In this document: positions 37,455-47,169 of the stretch, in pieces
Position numbering within the stretch: position 1 is the first letter of the stretch
How the letters are laid out: each line of letters opens with the position of its first letter
Assembly (NCBI GenBank): GCA_028823885.1
Contig: JAPPFK010000051.1
Span: 1 to 59,090 of the forward strand
DNA length: 59,090 nt
Direction: 5' to 3'
Source: Rhodospirillales bacterium
GTDB taxonomy: Bacteria > Pseudomonadota > Alphaproteobacteria > Rhodospirillales > UBA2165
Program-made: the position numbers and the translations under genes
Notes under the pieces: model-generated
Databases searched by the model: none
The model's input: only the letters and a program-made list of their open reading frames with translations
Told to the model about the DNA's origin: nothing

Positions 37455-38372
37455 GTGGCGCAGTTTCTGCTGCAACGGCTGACAATTTCTCTCCTGGTCG
37501 CGATCACCGTATCGATTATCGGTTTCAGTCTGCTGCGCCTCTCCGGCGATTTGGCGGCGGAACTGGCGGGCGAGGATGCCACCCAGGAAGAGATAGCCCA
37601 GGTGGCCAAAGCCTACGGCCTGGACCGGCCGTTTCATATTCAATACCTGGACTGGGTCGGCAAGGCCTTGCAGGGCGACTTGGGCCGTTCCCTGTTCACC
37701 AACGAGCCGGTTCTCGAGCTGATCACCACCCGGTTGCCGGTCACCGTGCAACTCGCCACCTATTCGCTGATCCTTGCCCTGCTGGTGGCGCTTCCGCTGG
37801 GTGTGCTGGCGGCAATGAAGCAGAATACCTGGATAGACCGACTAGCCCTCTCCATTGCGGTTTTCGGTCAGGCCATTCCGAGCTTCTGGTTTGCCCTGCT
37901 GATGATCCTGTTCTTTGGCGTGATCCTGAGGTGGCTGCCCATTTCCGGCACGGACACGTGGCGGCATTTCATCATGCCTACCATCACGCTCAGCACCTTC
38001 GCCATGCCCCAGTTCATGCGGCTCACGCGAACCGGCATGCTGGACGTTCTGGAATCCGATTTTATTCGGACCGCCCGGGCGAAGGGCTTGAGCCCCGTGA
38101 TCGTGCTATGGAAGCACGCGCTCAGAAACGCGGTCCTGCCCGTTGTCTCGCTGGCGGCCGTGGCGTTCGGATTTCTTCTCGGCGGATCGTTCATCGTTGA
38201 ATCCATTTTCGCCGTCAACGGCGTCGGCTTCCTCGCGCTCGAATCCATCATTCGGCAGGATTTCCCCGTGGTGCAGTCCATCGTCGTCTTTATTTCCTTC
38301 GTCTACATCGTGTTGACGCTGCTCTCCGACCTGATCAACGCGCAGCTCGATCCACGCATTCGGCTGACCTAG
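37455..38372 (+). CDS. ABC transporter permease (DppB/OppB type)
   Basis: GTG start 7 nt after GGGAGG gives VAQFLLQRL..., the typical N-terminus. An ATG at 37386 is the alternative start. Contains the EAA-loop region FIRTARAKGL. Confidence 0.8.
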   Translation: MAQFLLQRLTISLLVAITVSIIGFSLLRLSGDLAAELAGEDATQEEIAQVAKAYGLDRPFHIQYLDWVGKALQGDLGRSLFTNEPVLELITTRLPVTVQLATYSLILALLVALPLGVLAAMKQNTWIDRLALSIAVFGQAIPSFWFALLMILFFGVILRWLPISGTDTWRHFIMPTITLSTFAMPQFMRLTRTGMLDVLESDFIRTARAKGLSPVIVLWKHALRNAVLPVVSLAAVAFGFLLGGSFIVESIFAVNGVGFLALESIIRQDFPVVQSIVVFISFVYIVLTLLSDLINAQLDPRIRLT

Positions 38373-38382
38373 AGAGCGCGGT

Positions 38383-39312
38383 ATGGCACCTCAGGATCAG
38401 GCGACATCACAGACGGCAAACGGCTTCACCGCGGAGGAGTTCGAAGTCGAGGCGCCCTCCCCGCGCGAGGTGATGCGGCGGCGGGCCAAACGCCACTTCG
38501 GGCTGATCATCGGCGGCAGCGTCGTCTCGATCACCGTCGTCTGTGCCGTATTCGCGCCGTTGATAGCGCCTTTCGACCCGTATGAGCAGGACCTCACCCG
38601 CCGGCTGATCAATCCGGTGTGGGGCGAAGGCGGCACCTGGACGCACCCGCTGGGCACCGACGGCTTTGGCCGCGACCTCCTCAGCCGGCTGATTTTCGGC
38701 GCCCAGATCTCTCTCACCATCGGATTTTTCGCCGCCAGTATTGCGGCGGTGGTCGGTTCGATCATCGGGATGATCGGCGGGTATTTCGGCGGCCGGGTCG
38801 ATGCGGTCGTCATGTATCTGATCAACAGCAAACTCGCGCTGCCGCCCATCCTCGTCGCGTTGTCGGTGGTCTCGGTATTCGGCGGCACTATTCCGGTGCT
38901 CATCGCCGTCCTGGCCGCTCTCTTCTGGGACCGCTATGCCGTGGTCACCCGGAGCGTCACCCAGCAAATCCGCAATCAGGACTTCATCGCCGCGGCCCAG
39001 GCCGCCGGCTGCTCCAACGCTCGGATCATTCTGTCCGAGGTGCTGCCCAACCTCGCCAACCAGATCATCGTCATCGCCAGCCTGGAGATGGCGGTCGCCA
39101 TTCTGGTCGAGGCCGTCCTATCGTTTTTCGGCCTTGGCGTCCAGCCGCCGACCCCGTCCTGGGGCCTGATGGTCTCCGAGGGCCGGGATTTCATGTTCTT
39201 CAAGCCCTATCTGATTACCATCCCCGGACTTGCCATCTTCGTCCTGGTGATCGCCATCAACATGATGGGTGACGGCGTCCGCGACATCACCGCGCCCGAG
39301 GGGCGGAACTAG
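38383..39312 (+). CDS. ABC transporter permease (DppC/OppC type)
   Basis: HPLGTDGFGRDLLSRLIFGA is the OppC N-terminal motif. Confidence 0.85.
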   Translation: MAPQDQATSQTANGFTAEEFEVEAPSPREVMRRRAKRHFGLIIGGSVVSITVVCAVFAPLIAPFDPYEQDLTRRLINPVWGEGGTWTHPLGTDGFGRDLLSRLIFGAQISLTIGFFAASIAAVVGSIIGMIGGYFGGRVDAVVMYLINSKLALPPILVALSVVSVFGGTIPVLIAVLAALFWDRYAVVTRSVTQQIRNQDFIAAAQAAGCSNARIILSEVLPNLANQIIVIASLEMAVAILVEAVLSFFGLGVQPPTPSWGLMVSEGRDFMFFKPYLITIPGLAIFVLVIAINMMGDGVRDITAPEGRN

Positions 39313-39321
39313 GGGGCGGAC

Positions 39322-40383
39322 ATGGTTACCGACACCGCAGATATTCCTTACAGCGAAGACTCGATCCTCGCGGTTCGCGGCATGAATGTCGATATCAGCG
39401 TTCCGGCGGGAACGCTGCACGCCGTTACCAACTCGGCATTTCACGTGAAACAGGGCGAGACCCTCTGCATCGTCGGTGAATCGGGTTGCGGAAAATCCAT
39501 CACCTCGCTTGCGGTGATGGGGCTGCTGCCGGCCAACGCCACGGTTACGGCGGATGTACTCAAGTTCGAGGGCCGGGATTTACTGTCCATGAGCCAGAAG
39601 CAGCTGTCCGAGTTGCGCGGCAACCGCATGGGCATGATTTTCCAGGACCCGATGACGTCGCTGAACCCGGTCTACACCATCGGCAACCAGATGCAGGAGA
39701 TCTACGTCCGGCATGGCAAGGGCAACGCCCAGCAAGCCAAGGACCGGGCGATCTATCTTCTTGAGAAAGTCGGCATCACCGCCGCCGAGAGCCGGCTCGG
39801 CCAATACCCCCACCAACTCTCCGGCGGGCTCCGCCAGCGGGTGATGATCGCCATGATGCTGATGAACGATCCCGTGCTGATCATCGCCGATGAACCGACG
39901 ACGGCGCTGGACGTGACGATCCAGGCTCAGATTCTCCATCTGCTTGCCGACCTGCAAAAGGAATTCAACATGGCGCTGATCCTGATCACCCATGACCTCG
40001 GCGTGGTTGCCAGGATCGCCGACCGGGTGGCCGTCATGTATGCGGGCTACATGGTTGAAACCGGCTCTTCCGACGAAGTGTTCAATGCGCCCATGCACCC
40101 CTACACCCAGGGCTTGATCGACTGCATCCCGATCCCCGGCAAGACCGAGCGCGGCGCCCAACTCGGGTCCATCCCCGGGATCGTTCCGGCCCTGGTCGGC
40201 GACCAGGAGGGCTGCATGTTCCGGAGCCGCTGCGACTATGCCATGGAGAAGTGCGCTGTCGGCGACGTTCCCCGCCAGGCGCTTGGTGAGATGCGCGGCT
40301 ATCGCTGCGTCATCGGGCCCGAACAGGCCGAGGCCAATCTTCAAGCCAGCCGCGCGAAGGCGGCGGTGGCGGCGGGAGAATAA
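39322..40383 (+). CDS. ABC transporter ATP-binding protein (DppD/OppD type)
   Basis: Walker A GESGCGKS, signature LSGGLRQR and Walker B LIIADEPT. Confidence 0.88.
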   Translation: MVTDTADIPYSEDSILAVRGMNVDISVPAGTLHAVTNSAFHVKQGETLCIVGESGCGKSITSLAVMGLLPANATVTADVLKFEGRDLLSMSQKQLSELRGNRMGMIFQDPMTSLNPVYTIGNQMQEIYVRHGKGNAQQAKDRAIYLLEKVGITAAESRLGQYPHQLSGGLRQRVMIAMMLMNDPVLIIADEPTTALDVTIQAQILHLLADLQKEFNMALILITHDLGVVARIADRVAVMYAGYMVETGSSDEVFNAPMHPYTQGLIDCIPIPGKTERGAQLGSIPGIVPALVGDQEGCMFRSRCDYAMEKCAVGDVPRQALGEMRGYRCVIGPEQAEANLQASRAKAAVAAGE

Positions 40384-40385
40384 AG

Positions 40386-41366
40386 ATGAACGCCGACGCG
40401 CCCGTCCTCGAATGCCGCGACGTCAGCCGTACCTTCATGATCGGCAAGGGCCCGTTCGTCCAGAAGAGGCCGCTTCGCGCGGTGCAGGACGTCAGCCTCA
40501 GTATCGAGCGCGGAGAAGTCTTGGCCGTCGTAGGCGAATCGGGATGCGGCAAGACCACACTGGCGAAGATGCTGCTCGGCCTGCTGCCGCCGTCCGGCGG
40601 AGAAATCTTCTTCGAGGGCGTGCCCTTGAGTTCGGTCGACCGCCAGGCAGTTTCGCGCCGCATTCAACCGGTATTCCAGGACCCCTATTCGTCCCTCAAT
40701 CCCCGAAAGACCCTCGCTTCCATCATCGGCCTGCCCTTGGAGGTTCACAAGATCGGCACGCCCGACGAGCGCAAACGGCGGGTCGAGGAGATCATGGAAC
40801 TGGTCGGCCTGCCGCGCCGGCTGCTGTACTCATACCCGAGCCAGCTGTCCGGCGGTCAACGCCAGCGCGTGGCCATCGCCCGGGCGCTGGCCATCAAGCC
40901 GGAGATACTGGTTTGCGACGAGCCCACGTCGGCGCTGGATGTGTCGGTCCAGGCGCAGATCCTGAACCTGCTCCAGGAACTGCGGGAAGAACTCAACCTG
41001 ACCTACGTGTTCATCTCCCACAACCTCGCCGTGGTCGAGCATATGTCGAGCCGGGTGGCGGTCATGTACCTCGGACGCCTGATCGAGTTCGGCACCGCGG
41101 CGCAGGTCTTCGACGACCCCAAACACCCCTATACCTCGGCATTGCTGGATTCGGTCCTGACACCCGAACCCCAATACGGATTACCCGAAATCACCACCAT
41201 GGGCCGTGAGTTTCCCAACCCCCTCAATCCTCCGTCGGGGTGCGCCTTTCACCCCCGGTGCCCCAAGGCCATGGATGTTTGCAGCCAAGCGCAGCCCCAG
41301 CCCACCGATGAGAATGGCCGGCTGCTGGAATGCCATCTCTATGGCGAGGAAACCGCGGCGGCGTAA
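40386..41366 (+). CDS. ABC transporter ATP-binding protein (DppF/OppF type)
   Basis: Walker A GESGCGKTT, signature LSGGQRQR and Walker B ILVCDEPTS, with the C-terminal oligopeptide-type motif PPSGCAFHPRCP. Confidence 0.88.
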   Translation: MNADAPVLECRDVSRTFMIGKGPFVQKRPLRAVQDVSLSIERGEVLAVVGESGCGKTTLAKMLLGLLPPSGGEIFFEGVPLSSVDRQAVSRRIQPVFQDPYSSLNPRKTLASIIGLPLEVHKIGTPDERKRRVEEIMELVGLPRRLLYSYPSQLSGGQRQRVAIARALAIKPEILVCDEPTSALDVSVQAQILNLLQELREELNLTYVFISHNLAVVEHMSSRVAVMYLGRLIEFGTAAQVFDDPKHPYTSALLDSVLTPEPQYGLPEITTMGREFPNPLNPPSGCAFHPRCPKAMDVCSQAQPQPTDENGRLLECHLYGEETAAA

Positions 41367-41385
41367 CCGTGGCGGGAAATGCGGG

Positions 41386-42267
41386 CTAGTCGAAGCCGTA
41401 GAGACGGTTGGGGTTGTCGACCAGCAGCTTTTGGCGAAGCTCTTCGTCGACGGCGAACTTGGGAATGATGTCGACCAGTTCGCCGTCATCCGGCACCTGC
41501 CCCGGTTTCATGTTGGGGTGCGGCCAGTCGGTGCCCCAGAGCACCCGGTCCGGCGCCTTTTCGACCAGAGCCCTGGCGATTGCCGCGGCATCGTCATAGG
41601 GCGAACCGGTCTTGGAGATCCGTTCCGAGCCGCTCACCTTCACCCAGACGTTGTCGTACTCCATGAACTTCAGGAGCGTCTGCATGGGCGCGGCTTCGAG
41701 GCCCTGGGACGGGTCCACCCGGCCCATGTGATCGATGACGATCGGCAAGGGCAGCTTGGCGAACATGTCCTCGTAATCGACGATGTCCCGGTCATCCAGA
41801 TGCAGCACCACGTGCCAGCCGAGTTCGGCGATCCGGGGGATGACGTTGTGGAAAACGTCCAGGTCCGGCGGTCCGCCGAGATGGCGGACGAAATTGAACC
41901 TGGCCGCCAGGACCCCGCCCGCGTTCAGGTCGGCCAACTCCTCGTCCGTGACATCGTCATCGACCATGCCGACGCCCTTGTAGCGGCCGTTGCTGGTCCG
42001 GATGGCGTCAACCATCGCCGAATTATCGGTGCCGTGGCAGCTCGCCTGGACGATCACGCAGCGCTCGATTCCCAGGTGATCGTGAAGCGCCTTCAGATCC
42101 GCCTTGGATGCGTCGGGCGGGGTGTAGCTGCGGTTCGGCGCGTACGGGAACAGCGCGCCTGGGCCGAATACATGACAATGGGCGTCGCAGGCCTTTGCCG
42201 GCATTTCGAAGCCCGGTTTGCGGGGGTCTGGGTGCGGCGCCAGGATATCCGGCACGAACTCGGTCAT
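41386..42267 (-). CDS. 2-pyrone-4,6-dicarboxylate hydrolase (LigI)-like amidohydrolase
   Basis: DAHCHVFGP, VIVQASCHGTDN, IVIDHMGR and WGTDWPHPN match LigI-family motifs as I recall them. 293 aa. Confidence 0.8.
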   Translation of the reverse strand: MTEFVPDILAPHPDPRKPGFEMPAKACDAHCHVFGPGALFPYAPNRSYTPPDASKADLKALHDHLGIERCVIVQASCHGTDNSAMVDAIRTSNGRYKGVGMVDDDVTDEELADLNAGGVLAARFNFVRHLGGPPDLDVFHNVIPRIAELGWHVVLHLDDRDIVDYEDMFAKLPLPIVIDHMGRVDPSQGLEAAPMQTLLKFMEYDNVWVKVSGSERISKTGSPYDDAAAIARALVEKAPDRVLWGTDWPHPNMKPGQVPDDGELVDIIPKFAVDEELRQKLLVDNPNRLYGFD

Positions 42268-42285
42268 TCGCTGCTTCCTCTTGGG

Positions 42286-43401
42286 TTATTCGGCGGCCAA
42301 CGGCCGGGATTGATGTCCGCCCCAAACCGATTTGGGGATCAGTACGCTGCCTTCGAAGAGGCGGCGCGCCGTCCTGAGGAGCGCGGCCCGCTTGATGACC
42401 GGACCGGCTGCCGGACCTTCCAGCTCCATTTCCACCGAGAACTCGCCCGTCGGGTGCTCGACGGACATGAGTTTTGGCGAACCTTCCGGCAATTGCGCAA
42501 TTTCGGCGGCCACCGAACCCTCGACGGCGCAGGCGGTTGCGACGGAAACGGCCGCGAACACGCCGATGGCGGCATGACAGTCATGAGGAATAAAGGACCG
42601 GGTGCAGACCGCGCCGCCCGCTTGCGGCGGTGCGACCAGGGTCATCTTGGGAACGGTCTTCTGGGCGACGTCGCCCAGATTCATCATCCCGCCGATCGCC
42701 AGCCGAATTTCCTCGAGCCGTTCCTTGAGCCGCGTATCTCCATTCAGTTCGTCGCGGCTTTCGTAGCCGGTGCGGCCCAACGATCCGGCATTGATGCAAA
42801 CCACGGGCATCCCGTTGTCGATCATGGTGACGGGCACGCCCAACACCTCGTCCCGCGCATTCCCGGTCGGGAGCAGCGCACCGCACAGCGAGCCCGCCAT
42901 GTCGAGGAAGTTGATCATCACCGGCGCCGCGGCACCCGGCACGCCGTCGATCCGCGCCTCGCCGTCATATTGCGGCTGTCCGTCCGGCGACGGGAAGGTC
43001 ACGTCGCACAAACTGTCCGAATTCGCCATGTAGATCCGAAGCGTGGTCTCCGGGTCGCCGCCCTCGATCATTCCTGCTTCGATGGCGAATTGCCCGACCC
43101 CGGCCAGGATATTGCCGCAGTTCTGGAGTGTCGTGGCACGCGGTTCATCGACCGCGACCTGGACGAACAGGTATTCGAGGTCGACGCCGTCGCGCTCCGA
43201 CCGGCTGACCACGCCGACCTTGCTGGTCAGCGGGTTGGCCCCGCCCACGCCGTCAATCTGCCGGTCATCGGGAGACCCCATCACCGACAGCAGAACCGCG
43301 TCCCGGACGGCCGGATCGGCCGGCAAATCCTCGGCACGGAAATAGGCGCCTTTGGAGGTGCCGCCGCGCATCATGACGCAGGGGATGGCTGTCTGACTCA
43401 T
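42286..43401 (-). CDS. PrpF-family isomerase (4-oxalomesaconate tautomerase LigU/GalD-like)
   Basis: Start MSQTAIPCVMMRGGTSKGAYF, and MGSPDDRQIDGVGGANPLTSKVGVV is typical of PrpF/GalD. Confidence 0.8.
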   Translation of the reverse strand: MSQTAIPCVMMRGGTSKGAYFRAEDLPADPAVRDAVLLSVMGSPDDRQIDGVGGANPLTSKVGVVSRSERDGVDLEYLFVQVAVDEPRATTLQNCGNILAGVGQFAIEAGMIEGGDPETTLRIYMANSDSLCDVTFPSPDGQPQYDGEARIDGVPGAAAPVMINFLDMAGSLCGALLPTGNARDEVLGVPVTMIDNGMPVVCINAGSLGRTGYESRDELNGDTRLKERLEEIRLAIGGMMNLGDVAQKTVPKMTLVAPPQAGGAVCTRSFIPHDCHAAIGVFAAVSVATACAVEGSVAAEIAQLPEGSPKLMSVEHPTGEFSVEMELEGPAAGPVIKRAALLRTARRLFEGSVLIPKSVWGGHQSRPLAAE

Positions 43402-43555
43402 GGGCCGGATTATACTTGGACTACGCCCGAGCGCCATTCCCGCCGAAAATCCCGGTCGCTTGGCGGACAATGGCGTGACGGCAAAAAAAGGGCGGGACGG
43501 GCAAGTGCCCATCCCGCGCCTAGGGGGACCTACGGGGGTCTATAGCGCGCCGCAC

Positions 43556-44443
43556 CTAGCCGGAAACGGCAGCGCTAAACTCGTACTCGGGGCGTTCGTC
43601 GAAAATGTCCCGTTCGTGAATCCAGTCCTGGGTCTTGGCGAAGGTTTCCTCCGTGTACGGCAGGAAAACGATCCGCTCGCCCGCATCGAAAAGCCGCACG
43701 TCGATCCTGTCCCGGTAGCGCTCGGGAATTTGCGGCTCGAAATGATGCTTGTACTTCTCAGGTTCCAGATCGATGTCCATCTGCGCCCGCTTGAGCGCAT
43801 TCATGTACTTTTGGACATCGGCCTCGTCGACCTCGTGCGGGAACATGAAGGCGATCATGAAGCCGGTATCGGCGATCTTGCGGAGCCCCAGTTGCGCTCC
43901 CGCCTGGTAGGTCATGCCCCACAAGCTGGTCGCCGGCACATCGCGGTCCAGACCGACATCCACCCGCTGCCATGGCAGCCCGACAAATTTGAGATTTATC
44001 TGGTCACGGGCAAGGAACGGCTCCAGCGCCTGAATTGTCGAGAAATGGCTGCCCGAATGATAACCGACGGCGACCTCCTTGCCCGCCAGGTCTTCGGGCC
44101 GCCGAATATCCGAGTCCTCGGGCACCATGATGCCGCCGGGGGTCACGACGTAAGCACCGCCCCACAGCCTTCCGACATCGCTCGCGGCCGCTTGGTTGAC
44201 CGCCCAATGGCAGGCGCAGCTGATATCGGATTTGCGGCCCTTGTTTCCTTTGCCGGCCTCGTAGGATTCGTACGCGCCCTGCTTGATCTCGACCACCTTC
44301 CCGGCCTCGTCGACCTTCTTCTCCCGGCCGGCGATCTCACCGCCCGTGATCTCATAGTCGAGGCCTTCATCGGAAAAATACCCCTTCTCGTGAGCGACCG
44401 CTTCCTGCAGCCGGCCATGGGGTTGGATAACGAATTTTGGCAT
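43556..44443 (-). CDS. Cytoplasmic NMT1/THI5-like (binding-protein fold) protein
   Basis: Start MPKFVIQPHG with no signal peptide. KGYFSDEGLD and LAGKEVAVGYHSGSH resemble the NMT1/THI5 fold. Confidence 0.6.
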   Translation of the reverse strand: MPKFVIQPHGRLQEAVAHEKGYFSDEGLDYEITGGEIAGREKKVDEAGKVVEIKQGAYESYEAGKGNKGRKSDISCACHWAVNQAAASDVGRLWGGAYVVTPGGIMVPEDSDIRRPEDLAGKEVAVGYHSGSHFSTIQALEPFLARDQINLKFVGLPWQRVDVGLDRDVPATSLWGMTYQAGAQLGLRKIADTGFMIAFMFPHEVDEADVQKYMNALKRAQMDIDLEPEKYKHHFEPQIPERYRDRIDVRLFDAGERIVFLPYTEETFAKTQDWIHERDIFDERPEYEFSAAVSG

Positions 44444-44546
44444 CCCGCACACTCCCGCGAACAACATCGATTATTGAATTTGCGAAAGGTTACCACTTGG
44501 TCCATCATAAATGAAATTGATGTTCTTTATGTGGTACATTCAATAA

Positions 44547-45455
44547 ATGAATTTAAGCTCCATAGATCTCAATCTGCTGACGGCGTTCGACGCCCTCATG
44601 CAGCACCGCCACGTGACCAAGGCCGGACAGTCCGTCGGGCTGAGCCAGCCGGCGATGAGCAATGCTCTCTCCCGTCTGCGCAATCTCTTCGACGACCAGC
44701 TATTGGTCCGCTCCTCCTATGGCATGGAACCCACGCCCCGCGCCCTGGAACTTCATGAGCCCATTCGCGAGGCGCTCCAGCAGTTGGAAATCACCATCAG
44801 CGACGGCGGCGGGTTCGATCCGGCAACGGCGCAACGCTCCTTTACCATTGCCATGGCCGAAGATGCGGCGTTCTTGCTGTTGCCTCACATCAAGAGCCGG
44901 CTGGCATTGGAAGCGCCCGGTATTTCGGTCGCGGTCATGAGCACCGCCTATGTGCCGGGGGTCGATCTCGTCGAATCCGGTGAAGCCGAACTGTCGGCGG
45001 CCCTCTTGCCGATTGACCTTTCTCCCCGCCTGCGGTCGCGGTTCCTGTTCGAGGAGAGACTTGTCTGCGTACTGCGGAAGGACCATCCCGCGCTGGACGG
45101 AACATTTTCCCTCGAAGACTATCTCGCCTACCCGCATATCAGTCTCCAGCCCAACGCGACCTCGGTGAGCCGTATCGACATCAGGCTCAACGAGATGGAC
45201 CGGCGGCGGCGCGTCGCGGTGAGCGTTCCGCACATGCTGGTCATTCCGTTCCTGTTGCCGGGAACCGAACTCGTCGCCACCGTCGCGAGCCGGATTGCCG
45301 AGCACTTTGCGCCGATCGCCGGCCTCGAGGTGCGCCGGCTGCCGGTGGATGTAGCGCCTCACGAAGCCCACCTGGCCTGGCACTACAAATTCGACCGGGA
45401 CCCCGGTCATACATGGATGCGCAATCTGATCTCCGGTATCGCGGCCACGCTTTGA
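44547..45455 (+). CDS. LysR-family transcriptional regulator
   Basis: The N-terminal HTH IDLNLLTAFDALMQHRHVTKAGQSVGLSQPAMSNALSRLR is the NodD/LysR type. It is divergent from the 43556-44443 gene. Confidence 0.9.
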   Translation: MNLSSIDLNLLTAFDALMQHRHVTKAGQSVGLSQPAMSNALSRLRNLFDDQLLVRSSYGMEPTPRALELHEPIREALQQLEITISDGGGFDPATAQRSFTIAMAEDAAFLLLPHIKSRLALEAPGISVAVMSTAYVPGVDLVESGEAELSAALLPIDLSPRLRSRFLFEERLVCVLRKDHPALDGTFSLEDYLAYPHISLQPNATSVSRIDIRLNEMDRRRRVAVSVPHMLVIPFLLPGTELVATVASRIAEHFAPIAGLEVRRLPVDVAPHEAHLAWHYKFDRDPGHTWMRNLISGIAATL

Positions 45456-45459
45456 GTTG

Positions 45460-46320
45460 CTAACCGAATGTGGCGGAAGCCTCCATTGCGATTCCGCCGT
45501 CCGGCGCAACCGCCCAGAGGTCGCAGGAATTTCCGTCCTCGCCCGGCCGGCCGAGGAGCCGGATCGGATTGCCGCCGAACAGCGGCGCGCGGGCCCGTTG
45601 CCGAAAGGTCTTCATCGTTTTGCCCGGCATGTTGTCCATGGCGAGATTGAACAGGAGCGTCGACGTCAGCGGTCCGTGCACGACCAGCCCTGGATAACCC
45701 TCGACCCCGGTCACATAGGGAAAGTCGTAATGAATCCGATGAGGATTGAACGTGCAGGCCGAGTAGCGGAACAGCATCACGGCATCGGGTGTGATTACCT
45801 GCTCCCATTCATGGTCATCGGGCGCGGGATCGGCCGGCGGCACTTTATTGTTTTCGCCGGGCTTCGCAGCCTCGCGAAAGACCAGATCCCATTCGTCCTC
45901 GATCACCAAGCCGTCGGCGCCCGAAATTTCCAGTCCATAGGCGGCGAATACCAACCGGCCCGAGCGGCCCTGCTTTACGTTCACGTCGCGGAGCGTCATG
46001 ACCCGCCTCGCGTGATCGCCGACGCGAAGAGGGCCGTGGAAAGTCATCCGGTTGCCGGCAAACATCCGTCTTGGCAGGGGGCCGTCGGGACCGCCCTCGA
46101 CCTCCACGGCCATGCCGTCGGGACCGAGCTCGCTCGGCGGGCGAAGACGCGGAAAAAATATATGATGCCAGGCCGGCGGGACCGGGTCGCCTTCGGACAG
46201 GGGAGGATCACTCCGGCCCAGCGTGACGCTCAACCGGTGCGCCTGGTTCGCGGTAATCACGTCCTCGATTGTCGCGCTGTGGCCGATCGCCTTCTTGAAC
46301 GCCTCGACAAGATCCGCCAT
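45460..46320 (-). CDS. MaoC/hot-dog fold acyl-CoA dehydratase (double hot-dog, HTD2-like)
   Basis: 286 aa. FRYSACTFNPHRIHYD..A......YPGLVVHGP is typical of MaoC-like hydratases. The ATG follows GAGGAGGA. Confidence 0.7.
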   Translation of the reverse strand: MADLVEAFKKAIGHSATIEDVITANQAHRLSVTLGRSDPPLSEGDPVPPAWHHIFFPRLRPPSELGPDGMAVEVEGGPDGPLPRRMFAGNRMTFHGPLRVGDHARRVMTLRDVNVKQGRSGRLVFAAYGLEISGADGLVIEDEWDLVFREAAKPGENNKVPPADPAPDDHEWEQVITPDAVMLFRYSACTFNPHRIHYDFPYVTGVEGYPGLVVHGPLTSTLLFNLAMDNMPGKTMKTFRQRARAPLFGGNPIRLLGRPGEDGNSCDLWAVAPDGGIAMEASATFG

Positions 46321-46442
46321 TTCCTCCTCGCCTCTCGGTCAAAAAATGATCGTGATCATATTTTTTTGCGGACCCGCGGTACACCGCCATTATAGGCGAA
46401 ACAGTACCCGCCGGACGCCCACCGGGGCGTCGGCCGGTGAAA

Positions 46443-47084
46443 CTACGGGAGGTCGGGATTCGGAACCAATCCCTCAATCACCAGCCGGAGATAGAGACGG
46501 AGGGTTTCGAGCCCTTCGCCGAGATCGGGATTGGGCTGTCGGAGCCACTCCCGGATCTGTGCCCGGTAGATACTCCACAGAACGCCGAAAACGGCTTCGG
46601 GCTCTTCGCCCTGAACGATTCGGCCCTGCTGCTGCATTTTGGAGATCATTTCGACGAACTGCCGCTCGATTCGGAGGACGCCGCCGTTGAAACGATCCGC
46701 CTGTTCCCCGCCTTGGAAGAAGCTGACTTCACGCAACAAGTCGCGAGCGAGCTCCGGCCGCGCCGCGAAGAATTCATAGAAGTTGGCAAAGATCTGCATG
46801 AGTTGATCGATCAGAGGGGCATCTTCGGTCCGCCCGGCAAACGCGGTATCGGCGAGCTCGTCGAAATCGTCGTTGTAAATTAGGAAGAGGAGATCCCGCT
46901 TGTCGCTCGCGTACCGAAACAGCGTACCAAAGCCGACGTCGGCTCGCTGGGCGATTTCGCGCGTGGTTGCCTCGTCGAAGCCCTTTTCGATAAACAGCTC
47001 GCGCGCGGCCAGCTTTATCCGCCTGAGCTTGTCCTGCTTGTTGCGTTCGCGGACACTCAGGCCGACGGCCATTGGATCACTCAT
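46443..47084 (-). CDS. TetR/AcrR-family transcriptional regulator
   Basis: The HTH region is LRRIKLAARELFIEKGFDEATTREIAQRADVGFGTLFRY. Confidence 0.85.
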   Translation of the reverse strand: MSDPMAVGLSVRERNKQDKLRRIKLAARELFIEKGFDEATTREIAQRADVGFGTLFRYASDKRDLLFLIYNDDFDELADTAFAGRTEDAPLIDQLMQIFANFYEFFAARPELARDLLREVSFFQGGEQADRFNGGVLRIERQFVEMISKMQQQGRIVQGEEPEAVFGVLWSIYRAQIREWLRQPNPDLGEGLETLRLYLRLVIEGLVPNPDLP

Positions 47085-47169
47085 GCTGCTTGTTCCTTCG
47101 GCATTTCTCGTATTGCGACCCAAGAAAGGCCGCTCCTAGGCCGATGTCAACCCCGGCAGGATACTGATT

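Noticed and set aside
46411-46433. The hairpin CCGGACGCCC-ACCG-GGGCGTCGG after the TetR stop, considered as a terminator separating the TetR and MaoC-like genes.
   Set aside because: The stem is imperfect and is not followed by a convincing T-run on the minus strand. It cannot be decided from sequence whether TetR and the MaoC-like gene are co-transcribed.
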